DNA of 64,000 nucleotides from Bispira polyomma (Eukaryota): NCBI GenBank assembly GCA_965649765.1, contig OZ287749.1, positions 88,536,001 to 88,600,000 of the forward strand, read 5' to 3'. Shown piece by piece: positions 21,313 to 33,910 of this stretch (position 1 is its first letter; each line of letters starts with the position of its first letter). The notes under the pieces were generated by a model. It saw only the letters and a program-made list of their open reading frames with translations, ran no database searches and was not told where the DNA came from. The position numbers and the translations under genes were made by a program.

Positions 21313-22721
21313 TAGCCTATAATTTTGTAATAAATAAGTAAATATTTTTCGCTTTCAACCTTTAATGAGTGCAACGTTTTTTCTGAATACCAAATTACCA
21401 AAGTGATAATTACACTAAGCTAGAAACAGGACTGGAAGGTTTTTGACAACCACGGTTAAAACCTATGGTCAAAAACCCCTCCCCCAACAAGAAATGTCGA
21501 AAACTGTCAAAATGTCCTCATTTAGTAAAAAAATTTACTTTGTAAAAACAGATATCAAGTGTAGCCAAAAACCCTGAGTTAAAAAAAGGCAAGAAATGTT
21601 TGTAAAAAATCCTAGTTAGTACATAGTGTCAAAACATCCAAATTTAATCAGAATATCTTGAAACACTGTAACACTAAACACTCTTTTGTATTACAAATAA
21701 GTCGAAATACAACAATTGTGAGACATTTTAACTCAGGCTACCTATGTTTAAGTGATATGCCTGCAAAATGTATTCCTAATCCCCTCTGCCTGAAGACACA
21801 ATCAGATGATGACAAAAGCCCCCCCCCCTTATTTTCAAGGGGTTGCAAAAGCTTCCCCTATATAGGACAAATGCTCCCTCCCCCATCACAAATATATTTA
21901 AGAAGTAAATCTTGACTAAGGTTTATGATTTTTTAAGTAATGGTTTTCAGTATTATCAATTAAATTATAATAATACTGATTACAATATTTATTAAACCTT
22001 ATTGAGGAGTTTTCAAAGACAAAAAGAGTGACTTGTGATAAAAGCTTTGAAGTGGAGGGTGAGAAGTTATGAGTAGAAAAGAGGGTTTTTGTCAGTTTTT
22101 GACGTTTTAAACCAGTTTTTGACTGTTTAAACCTAGTTTTTGACGCCGTCACGTCAAAAACAGATTTTAGACGTCAAAAACCCAACCCTGGCTAGAAAGG
22201 CAAAACAAGTACATTTACACCTCTGTTCAATATATTTTGTCTACACACATGAACTCTGCAATGCATTATTAGGTTATTTTTAGTTGTATAAGATTATATT
22301 ATTACTTACTAGAAAACTGAACCATTATGATGCAATAATACAATGATAGGCTATTCTTAGTTGCAGACAATTTATTATTACATACTAAGAAACTAAACTA
22401 GCTGACCGAAAACTTTGAAACTATTTACGTAAGTCTGTTATCAGCCTTTAAGATCAAACTACTTAATCACTGTCATTGTAAAAGTCAAATGTGATTCAGT
22501 ATACATGAACAAAATGGGTATAAAACTAAGCAAGAGACACAATCAAATCATAAGCTTTGACTGGCAAAGAGGTCTAATAATTCTGATACAAGTAGTTTAA
22601 AATAAGGCAAAATACGATGACTTACAAACTCCTGTGTCTGGTAACCTTCTTGGTGGCTGTAACCTGTGAACAGGAAGCTGTTGGTGACCTCTCTAAGGTA
22701 AATGTAAACACCTATACTTTA

Positions 22722-22945
22722 GGGTCCTCGGTGTTGTAATGGTGAGACACTCACCTTTCACTTCTGCAGTTGTGGGTATTTGACCCTGACATCTATGTGA
22801 GAAAGTTGGAAGTAAATTTACTGAGTACCAGTGGTTCGCAGAACACAAAACCTAGACCAACAACCCGGCTTTGATACCCTTCAATGGTAAATTGGCCATT
22901 GTGATAAGACACATAAGGTGTTAAAAGTGATGTTAAACCCAAATG
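22722..22945 (+). mobile_element. tRNA-derived SINE-like copy (related copy at 60711-60945)
   Basis: Shared CCTCGGTG..GTA.TGGT head, CAGTGGTT.GCAGA middle and CCATTGTGATA...GATGTT tail. Confidence 0.55.
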
Positions 22946-23636
22946 AAACTATATTAGATGTTTCAATTTACATAAATGTTCCTTGGTAGTTTAAGATATG
23001 CAGTGAAGTTGCTTGTCTGTTAATCTTTCATACCTATTGTATTGATGTCAGCTGTTTAAAATAGTTGTTTTGGTCACTTCTTAGCACATCAAAAAAGAAA
23101 AATAGAATATTTGCACTGTAGACATATGTCCTGCAGGTTTTAATGACACATATGCTAAAAAACTAAAAAATAGCCTTATTTTTTTTACCAGGTTGGGAAG
23201 GTGAAACGGGCATCAGCAACAACAACAGATTCAACAGAACATTTACAATTAAGTAAAAACATATTTTATGGATTATGATTCTGATCAATAAGTATAATTT
23301 CAAAAGTCACTTAAATGACATAAATTAGCAAAATTGAACTACTACTCTGTTGTTATTCCGTGTTATATTATTATTTTTGACCACAACTCTCATTCTTTGC
23401 TTTTTTTGCAATTTCATGTTTAACCAATTAAAATATCACTATATCAGTGGATAACTTAAACCTCATGGAATTTATTTTAAGGGGTACAGGCTCAACAAAA
23501 AGAACAACATTTTCCACAAAAAAAAACACAGACCAAATCAAAACAAAATAAATTATAACCGGAACCACTGACTTTTAAGGTTGTATAACTAATAACAAAA
23601 TCATGTTTTGCATGTCAGGTGTCTTTGCACTGAGTA

Positions 23637-25338
23637 ATGAACTAACTTTCTTTTATATTTCTTCTTGCAGGGGCTGCAATGCTTGCAAGCATAAAAAAGG
23701 TATAGTTATTTGATATGTCTGTCTTGTTAACAATTGACACACTGTGACTCGGTTTTGTGTTGAGAACCTGTTTATACATACCAAAATGTGACATATCACA
23801 CAGATTTGTAAATCACTTCAGTTCTCAATTTTGTTGAACGGGTGATATATTTAACAAATAATAAATATCCATATTGTGGTACTGTATGTATCTGAAAGTC
23901 CAACAAACTGATGAAAAGTCGAAAGATGTGAATGGTGGGATACCCTATGGATACAAAATTGTTGCTTTTATGGTGATCTATAAATTCAATGACAGATATT
24001 TTGTTGTCAAGTGTAATTGATATTGCTTCTAATTAATTACTGGACTTTTACAGAAATTAGAAGAAAGGAAGGATATATTAACTAGTGATGAATTTGGTAA
24101 GTGCCATGATCATTAAATATAATATATTTTTACACTGACTCTGAAATGGTAATCAGGTTTAAAATAAAATACTTTTATATCTAGGTTTTGCTGCCAGTTG
24201 ATTTTTTCTTTTCCAATAACATTTTACATAATTCTTGGCTTTTAGCATCACACTGTAAGAAATTGGTTGTACATATATTTGGCTTGTCTATATTAATATA
24301 AAATATGGAGATCTGTGTAATATTTCTTGTGTCAGTCTTGAAAATATATAAATGAATATAACACACATATTGTGCTATTTAGATTTGTTGGGTGATATCC
24401 TAATTGATGGTGAAGAATGTCCAATCGCTGCAAAGGAATTTGTCCAAAAATATGAAGCCAAGAAGAAAGGCAAGAGCAGGGAAAAGAGAGGTTTGTTACA
24501 ATCCAAAATTGATCAATCTTCAACTAAGGTATCCTACTAAATAAATGTCTATATAATAGGTATGTTAAAACTATCACATTTATCCATGACTAACATTCAT
24601 AGCTAGTTCTGTCCAAAGTGAAACCTTGAACGTTATCAATGTGCTTGTGCCTTCATTATGTCTTTGTGAATTATATAGGATGTTAATACTTACATGGCTA
24701 ATACATGTTCAGATGATGTATTTGTCCATATTTCCAAAATACTCACAACAGTAATAAAAATATAAATCCTAGCAGTATCAAAGTAACTTTGTACATTCAA
24801 TTATTAAGTACATTTCAATAAGAGTTTTGTTTGTTTACACACTGCAGAGGCAGACACATTACCAACGTTACTAAAAGTGTTTGACCATGACCTGTTACAT
24901 GTTAGATCATTATTATAAATTTTCTATCATACACAATCCTTGAGCTACATATTTTATACAATGTATAGATTTTTTTTTATGTATTATAATAGTATGAGTC
25001 ATACTATTATTATACATAAAGAAATACTTAAGAAAGTTTATCCAGCTTATTCTTGCATCTCCACTGTTATGGCTTATTTTTTGTCTGTAAACAATAATTG
25101 AATTTAAATATACTTGTACTGTTGCACCTAAGAACATATTTCAACTTGTGAATTGCCTGTCATGCCATGACACAAGATGTACTGAAAGGAATATTGGAGC
25201 TAAACTAAACTTGTCTGCCTAATTTCAGCCAAAAAATGTAGTGTCGAGTGCCGTAAAACAAGATGCTCTATAAGGGGACGGTGGGGATGTTGGTGCAGAT
25301 GTAGATGGGGTAAAGCCAAATGTACCTGTATTAAATAA
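23637..25338 (+). CDS. Spliced precursor of a cationic 8-Cys peptide (candidate antimicrobial or toxin-like peptide); exons ~23637-23699, 24054-24096, 24383-24490, 25229-25338
   Basis: GT-AG boundaries with compatible phases give ...KLEERKDILTSDEF/DLLGDILIDGEECPIAAKEFVQKYEAKKKGKSREKR/AKKCSVECRKTRCSIRGRWGCWCRCRWGKAKCTCIK*. AATAAA lies at 25475. The first exon is ambiguous because of a TAA at codon 3 of the signal-peptide frame. Confidence 0.7.
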
Positions 25339-26789
25339 GGTTAACCTGGAGAGAAAACAACCGATGCATGACAAAATTGTGTACTAGCAAAAATGCATGT
25401 TATCTGCAGTACATATTAACTAATGTCATGACAAAGAGTTTTAATTAGGTCATATATTTGATGTGTTTAAAACCAATAAACAGTACAAAAAACATGTGTT
25501 TGTATGGTTCAATCCATTGGAACAATAATCATGTCACAGGGATACACCATATAGAATGTATAACCATTAGAGAACATCAATATATCAAGCCAGACAACCT
25601 CAATACAACAGTGTACCAGTGTTTTTAAGTTTAACTGTCACTATATTGGAAACTTTGTCATTATGGTTTATGAGGCTTGCAAAAAAATTGGCTTCATAAT
25701 AAAAAAATCCATTTCTCCCAGGGTTCTAATTACACCTGGAAGATTTATATTTCAAAATGTGTTAAGATGAAATTGTATAAGTTGAAGTATTTTATACACA
25801 CTGCTGAAATGTGTTCTCCCTGTATTAGGAAATACAGTGAAATAAATATATAGAACATACCAAATCTGAAGAGCTGTAAGTGCTTATATGGTATAGTTGT
25901 GGTGGAAAGATCACTATATGTCAAGAAGTATATATTTTATAATTGTCTGAACATACAATCAGAGGTGTAACTACTGAGAAGTCATGTATTAAGCTATTAA
26001 ATAGTGGGGCAGTGTATCTTGACTTAAATAAAACATATGAAGCTTGAGAGATGTCAGCCTGTTAACATTAAATTTGTTGTAATTATGTGCTGCCTAGAAC
26101 ATAAAGTGACAATCAGATGTTATGTGTATATGCTGAAATATTCTGTAGTGTATAAATATATCCAGCAGTGATTCCCATAATAAATAAGAAGATGCCCAGC
26201 AACCCTGTTTATCATTAATGGCTTGTAAACCGATCCACATGACAACCTGCAGCACCTGCTGCCCCTCTCCAATGAGAAGCAAGTGAAATTATCAATAAAA
26301 CTGGTCCCAGATCCTTAGCAAGCCATTAAGTGTCGCCGGACAAGCAGGGTGGAGAATCAACACCGCTCCAGGCATCAATTGGACATACTTAACCTAAACA
26401 CACATTTACTTCAATATTTATATAATGCCGGCGCATATTTTAAGCCATAATCTCATCAGGCCACCACAGCCCTGCAATATAACAAGATCATGGTTACTTC
26501 ATTTTTCTGCAAGCTTGAAAAAAGGATTAGAGCTAACAAATGGGACCAATATAACAGAACAACGTAATGTATAGAAAGAAGTACAGCTTGGATGTGTCCT
26601 ATCAAATAGACAAACTTAAATTTAAAAAGATCGCAAAATTTTATGTTTGCAGAACCCAGATTAAGTTTTTGTAGTGTAGACACTTAACCCAGTTAGAGCT
26701 GAATCCGGTTCAATCCCGAATCTGGGTCAATTTGGATTAGTGTGAACAGGGCCTAAGTTACACAGAAAAACACAAAATTCCAGGTCTAT

Positions 26790-27230
26790 TAATGCTAATC
26801 GATATTGAAAAAAAAATTCACTCATTCTTGTGGAAATTCCTTTATTAAATATTAGATATTTTTGGTTTGGGTAAGGATTTTATCTGATGGATTAAACTAT
26901 TAAATAACGATATAACTGCTTATGTCCTCTAGGGTGGTGTATTATCTGACCCAATAGCAATCAAAAGTGGCTGAAGACAATGCTATATCACTATCTTTTT
27001 CTATTAGCAGAAGAAGTGTTAAGAGTTCTGATAGAGAACAATTCTAATATTAAATCCTGAAATCAAACAAACTAACCCAATTTGTAGATGATTTCACTTT
27101 GATACTTGATAGAAGTGTAACAGTTGTTTTTTTGCAGGCAACTATAAATGTATTAGAAATATTTGGGGATTTATCAGGACTAAAGATGAACTTAGAATAA
27201 AACTAAATTCATTATCTTGGGATAATTATG
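26790..27230 (+). mobile_element. Decayed L1/Tx1 RT fragment
   Basis: LTQFVDDFTLILD (YADD-box derivative) and QATINVLEIFGDLSGLKMN. Confidence 0.65.
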
Positions 27231-27866
27231 GAGAAATAGTAATTTCATTGCAATTAATATACTAGTTTTAGTAACAAAAACTTATATATACTCGAACTCA
27301 AGAAAATTGTTACAACTTAATATTGTTGGATTGTTGTCTAAATTCAAAATTGTATATGAAGAACAAAAACGGAGATATTTTTGATTAAATTTACCATCAA
27401 ATGAATAGTATATATGGAGCTGATACTAACTAATTCTGGTATGTGTATCTTTTGTATATTTTCTTATTCTTTTGTCACTTTTGTCTCCTTTTGTATACAT
27501 ACTAAAAATAGGATACCACACACATGTGAGTTAAATCAATTTTGCTAATTCTTTGTAGTTTCGTTTTTTTTCTTTGTGTAAATGTTACTGGACTACTAAT
27601 TCTCCCACCAGGGTACTAGTCTTATTATAAAATGGTAGTTACTGTGTTGTGAGTCTTATTATAAAATAGCAGTTACTGTGTCATGAATAAAAATAAACAG
27701 TGGCTAATTCTCGTCTTAGCAGCCATCTAGACTACTGCAATTCGCTTCTGCACAGAGCCAAAAAGTTTCACATAAACAAATTGCAGTGTATTCAAATCTA
27801 TCGGTGTTGAGTCATTTTTCTACTGAGGATCCGTACCAATATCTCTTCATACCTTAAAAACCTACA

Positions 27867-28130
27867 TTGGCTTCTCATTCATTATCGTTTTGTCGTATTT
27901 TGTTTGAAGTTTGTGTCACTATTTTCAAAGCTGTTATCCCTCAACAGCCCTCCTACTTTGCAACTGGCCTTTCCTTCAGTAACCTTAAAATAGGAAAGAG
28001 GCTTTCCTCTGTTAAACCTACCAAGAAGGCTGGAACTAGAGTGTTCTCTATGTCTGGCCCTGTTATTGAATAGTCTCCATGTTGGGCTTAGCTAGATCAC
28101 TTGAAATACTTTGTGGTTTTAAGAAATAAC
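27867..28130 (+). mobile_element. L2 LINE 3' fragment (similar piece on minus strand at ~62420-62635)
   Basis: Resembles 19860-20130 (RI.F....TIFKA...QQPS..., G.R.FS). Confidence 0.55.
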
Positions 28131-30668
28131 CCCCTCCATGCCCTAGTACACCCCACATCCTCCCTCCTAGTACACCCCACATCCTCCCTTATGACCCTTG
28201 GCTATGTTTGTGTACTTCTCTTTTGGTAAATTGATTCTATTGTTGCGCTTGCCTCGCATCAAATAAAGGTGCCTTAAAATCCATAATACAATACAATTAC
28301 GTGGTAATGCAGGTCAGCATGTAAACTGCATTGACTTGTGGTAAGGTATCAAGATATTCTGTATATAACTGTTATATACATGTTACTATCTCTTTTTTTT
28401 AACAATATATTACACCGCCACCAAAAAAAAAATACAGTAAAAAAAAATAACTGATATTACCACTATTTAATCATATGTTTCTTGCCATTTCGACTCCTGA
28501 TCATATTCTTAAAGAAATAATTTGCTATGTAACTATCTTTGGAGTGGGAAATCGGATAAAATCAATAGATTATAGCAAACGCAGAGTTAAAGATTACTCA
28601 CAAGATGGTTTCAAAGCATAATACTCCCTCCCAAATAACTTGGGGGCCAGTAGCACATTGAAGATTATATTGCACAAACATGCTATAATTTAATACTACT
28701 TTTATATAATTTGTAATAGTGGTGTACAATTTAGATTGTTCTCACTACATAATGTTACTTTTATTGTTACTTCCATTCATTATTTGTTGACGTCTTAAAA
28801 TCTCTTATGAGAATGAAATGCTCTATTATAGCCCTGCTTTTAAGCACACAGTTGCTTCTGCAATGATATCTCTTGTAGCCCTATCCACTGACTGCAAATT
28901 TCCCGATAGTCAGTTTAATGACAGTGGAACATGTTCTTATCTTAAACTCTGAGTTTATTCTTTAAGAACCAGACTAAGTGTAACTTGTGTCAAACTATGA
29001 CACTGGATCTGCTTCATTATTTCCCTTAAGTTTAGTTCTCAGAAATGTGTACACGTACATGTACCTGTAAGAAAATGTTTTAAAGTATAACATAGGATAT
29101 ACACTTACTGTATGGGTTGCATCAATGACTTCGAGTTGTATCAAAATCATACGTACTGCATTACATAGGAAAGGTACAAAGACGGTGGGGGTCGGTGGGT
29201 TTGGGTTTATACACACACACAGTGCATACACTTGATATGGGTTATCGTTTAATCTGCTGCGTTTAATTAGCAAAATCAACTATCAACCAAACTCGATGTG
29301 ACTTCCAACAGCTTAGGTCACATCACGACGGCCAGATTCAATGGTGAAAGAAACCACTGACCTACAGCAAGTTCCTGACAAACTTTGCCACATCAAGGAA
29401 CAAACAGATACAAGAATGTTCAGAGGTCAATGACTGTAAAGCAGGCACTTCTAACCACTAGGCCACCACAGCCCCTTAGACAACAATGGAGAACATCCAG
29501 CAGGCATAATTACTGGCAACAGATAGATAACTGATTGATTGATTGATTGATTGGAGTTTAACATCGCTTTCAACAAATTGTATAGGTCATATTACGACGG
29601 ACAGTGGCTAAGAACAGGAACAGTTAGAGAACTAGGGTGGTCAACCTTTGTCACGATGGCACAAGATGGTAACTTGTGATAATTGATTCTAAAAAGCCAA
29701 AAAGTCGTGTTTTATTTTATCCTAATTACAATTAAACGGCTAGTCCAATATGTCCAAGTATAAGAGTTATCTTCAGTTGTTGTAAGCTGTAATTATTTAT
29801 TGTAATCACCCGATAACAGGTGCGAAATCTAGATGTCCTTGTGAGCTAGTTTAAAGCAAGATTGAAAACCAGGAGGCCCAGATTATGCACTTTTTATTTT
29901 ATTATCTTACCCCAGTAAACATTTAAGTTTTCATATTTACATAGAAAGTGATTTATTTGTAAAATGCACAAGCATATTTTAAAATTGCCACACAGTGTAC
30001 AAATTTATTATACAGTGGGAGCAAATTTAAAATTGGACAATCTTTCTAGAATACACCTAAAATAAACGTAAAATAAACATAAGTTTACTGTTGTCAAGGT
30101 GGCAAAGAAACAGACAGAAAGAACACACGATCTCTACATCAGTAACAATATGCTTAGAAATTTTCAGGTGTCAGCAAACATAAACATTCTATTACTTCTT
30201 TTATCAGAGGGTTACAATTGATAATTATAAAACTGAAGATCCTTTTCAACCAAAAATGTTAGTACTTGCTTTGAAAGTACAAGTAATTACAAAATTATTA
30301 CTTTAAAGTAATTGAGCCAAACACTTAAAATGATACCTACTTATGTTGAAATTCAACTACTTGTCTCCAATCTTAACTAAATATGATGTCATACTAGCTA
30401 GAAATGTCCATTTATCTTGAAGGTAAGGCCAGCCATAATCTACCTCGATGACGTAAACAAGGGAGAAATATTATTTTACAGGAGCCGATATATATGCATA
30501 GTGAATACATGACCTATTAAATTACAACATTGCTCATTTGTTATCAGGCTCACTGATAACTTACCTTTAGATAAGATACACTCTGTTGTCAAATTTCTTT
30601 TGGTCCTAGTACATTAATGATGCAATTCTATGTTAAAGCATCATATTCATATACATGTACAACATAAA

Positions 30669-32460
30669 ATGTTAGACAACTGCAAGATCTTGATACTGTG
30701 TGTAATATATGCACAACTTGATCGGGTCTGTGGTCAAGTGCCAAATGTGTTAATGATCATAGTGGATGATCTCAGGCCTGAGATTGGTGTATACAGTGAT
30801 ACAGACAATGCCTTGTTTCCTGGTAAGACAAGTTCTTATTATTTCTGTAAGAACTTGGCCAAGGAGTTGATGTTTTGTCTGTGTCCATTGGTTTGTTTGC
30901 CACAAAGATTACACAAAAGTTACTGAACCAATTTTCATAAAATTTCGAGGTGGGATATGGGACATAGGCCAAGCAGAAGAAAGATTACATAAAATGGGAG
31001 CAGATATATAGAAGAACAGTAGATCCAGGATTTTGTTGTCACTTTTGGGCACTCTAGATTCCTATTTTATGTGGTTTTAACTTACTATATTGTGTGAAAA
31101 TTCCTGAAATAAGCAAATCTAGCACTTTTGATATTAGGCACTTAATATTTTCATGAAGTTCCAGGTCTTGTAGATATGATTTATAAAGTACAAATTACTT
31201 CTATTTAGCAAGAGTCTAATGCCATGGTCAACTTGAGCATGTTCGCGTTACATTTAAAATTTCGTAAACGTAGGAAAACGGAAATAAACAAAAGTCAAAC
31301 TTCGGGAAACTTGGCAAAGAATCAATGTATGGGCCATTTTGTACACATTCTGTACACGTTTATACACGCATTTTAACACATTTTAATAGCCGTTACAATT
31401 ATGTTTGTATCGTTTTATAATATGTTATATAAATACGTTAGCCACGTTTCTAAACCCGTTTCGTGCTCGTTCTCATTTATAGTTATTATTTAGATGTATA
31501 GTTCATTTTACTGCCGTCCTTTAAGTTATATACGCATTAAATACGTGCCATACATTTTCTGCGAATGCACCAACCGTTTTAGGAAACCGGCCGTAAAAGT
31601 AAGAACACCGCTACCATCTATGCAAGTAAGAGACTTTGCCATAACTAAACTACAGCAAGTTGCAAATCAAACCAGTCCATTTTTCATTGTTGCAGGACTT
31701 AAAGAGCCACATCTTCCATTTAAAGCTCCTAGCCAATTCTATGAAATCTATCCAGAGGAAGAGATCTATTTACCAGATTACGTACCAGAAAATCTATGTG
31801 ACCTGGCTTGGAGTAGCTGGGGTGATCTCTATGATTACGAAGATATCAGTGACTTTGACAATAGTTATAACCAAACCTTACCAAAAAGTAAAATTCTTGA
31901 ACTAAGAAGAGGTTACTATGCTTCTGTTTCCTATACTAATTCTCTCATTGGGGAAATTCTCCAGGAATTAACTAACCAAAATTTGGAAGATTCCACCACA
32001 GTTTTACTGATAGGAGACCATGGATTTCATCTGGGAGAGCATGCTGATCGGGAAAAATCTACTAACTTTGAGCTTGATACCCGCGTCCCTATGATACTTA
32101 AACACCCAGGTACTTCTGGTGGAACTTGTCGATATATTTCCAACTCTGGTTGATGCTACAGGAGGGAGGAGCATTATGGCATCAATAGAAACCAACCGAT
32201 GGAAGGATGCAGCATTTTCTCAAATTAAACGCCGTACTAACATTGGGAATACTATTCACACAAAGGAGTACAGCTATAGTCGTTGGATGCGTATGGTTGA
32301 TGGGGAGGTGGAGGACTGGGATAGAGTGATAGATGAAGAACTGTATGACCTGATAAATGACCCAGACCAGACGGAAAATGTGTCCGAATATCAGGAGTAT
32401 AGTGCTATACAAGAAGCTGCAGAAAGACTGAGATCAGGTTGGAGAGGTGCTCTGCCATGA
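30669..32460 (+). pseudogene. Iduronate-2-sulfatase-like sulfatase pseudogene
   Basis: Exon 1 (30669-30822) has a signal peptide plus PNVLMIIVDDLRP. The 3' part has PFFIVAGLKEPHLPF, RRGYYASVSY, GDHGFHLGEH, LVELVDIFPTL and ELYDL..DP. No CxPxR exon is visible, and there is a frameshift/deletion near 32115. Confidence 0.82.
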
Positions 32461-32904
32461 TACTATCAGTCTAAAGGCATATGTAACACACACTTTAGAA
32501 GAAGTCTGAGGTACCCAAAATAAAACTATTTCTGTTGAATAAAGGTAGAAATGCAGTCCAAAAATTGGTTATATTTGACAAGAGATAACAATTACCCACT
32601 GTCACACACAGTTTTAAAATGCACAGGGTATCATAATATTTGCTGCCACAGTGAACGACGAGCAATCTCAAGTTAGTCACAATACTGATAAATAGAAAAA
32701 TATTTTGGTGATGTAGTGTAATCTTAGACAATGGTAATCATATGGTAATCAGATTTTTACTCAGCACATACATCAACCTTCATCTGGTATTTAGAGTGCT
32801 AATTAGCCCTTTTTTGACGGCAACAATCAACAGCCTCAGTTACTGTCATTCACCTAACTGAAGAGAGAGACTTGAGGATGACCATTTATCAATGTCTTTA
32901 GCCT

Positions 32905-33065
32905 GCCACTGGGGATAGGACCCATTTTAAGTGGTCATCCAAGCCACTAGGCAAACGTGTGTAAACATCTTGCACAAGGATGTTATCCCAAGAATGATAC
33001 TAGCGGCCGACACCAGGAATAGAACCCAAGACCTTCTGATCATCAGACAAGCAAACCCAAACCTT
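32905..33065 (-). mobile_element. tRNA-derived SINE fragment
   Basis: Minus strand shows a GGTTCTATTCC B-box-like sequence followed by a CCTTGTGCAAGATGTTTAC core. Confidence 0.5.
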
Positions 33066-33728
33066 GCTACAATCATAACAATGTCACACAACCACTTTGG
33101 TGAGGACATCTTCATTTTAGTTTTTCTTTAAATGAACAGAAAAAACAAACGAATATACTTATTGCTATGGCAACAGAACCAAAAGGGGTGGCAATACCCA
33201 AAACAATCCCAAGCAAGCTACTGTCCAGACAAATACTCACCCACTAAATCTGGAGAGGATACATCAATTAGTTTTTCTTTAAATAAACAGAAACCCTAAA
33301 ACTATCAAATCAAAAATAATATGGAGGTGGAGATAATTAAAACAATATGATACATTTTATACTAAGCTGACTTTATTAGCAACCTTTGATTACCTGATAC
33401 ATGTTTGCGTACAGAAAGAAAGATTCATACATAGCTGTATACTTATTATTTTTTCCAGTATTTAACTAAACAGTAACATTACAAAGCAATTCATATATTA
33501 AATGGTGGACAGTCTGGCAATGTAGTACATTAGTTATGAAAACTACAGAGATTCTTTTCTTTCAGATCTAGTCTGAACGTACGTATTTGGAAATCTTCAT
33601 AAATTCCATGTAACAATGTAAACATGCTCCAAATCTTCAATCTTGCGTGCAGCATTTAACTTAGGTAAACTATAATACAAAAGCATTTTATTATGCTTAT
33701 AAAACTTATTATGAAACAATAAACAATA

Positions 33729-33910
33729 CAGTAGAACCCCATATTACCCAAACATGTTAGGACAGACTAAGATTTTGTTCACAATACATATCAAGTCCAG
33801 TATATAGAAAAGGTATGTCTGCAGAAAAAAATTAATTTTGGAGAAATGGAAATTAGTTCACAAAAATATAATATTCCGATTACAGTTTTGATAATAGAGG
33901 TTCTATTGTA
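33729..33910. mobile_element. Tc1/pogo-type MITE (TA-CAGTAGAACC...GGTTCTATTG-TA); relatives near 35222-35400, 36234-36410, 40720-41050 and 62208
   Basis: CAGT..AACC termini, inverted ends and TA flanks. Confidence 0.65.

Noticed and set aside
31494-31605. N-terminal part of the 219-aa ORF as sulfatase coding sequence
   Set aside because: Read-through from adjacent repeat-like DNA; sulfatase similarity starts only at about PLPSMQV.
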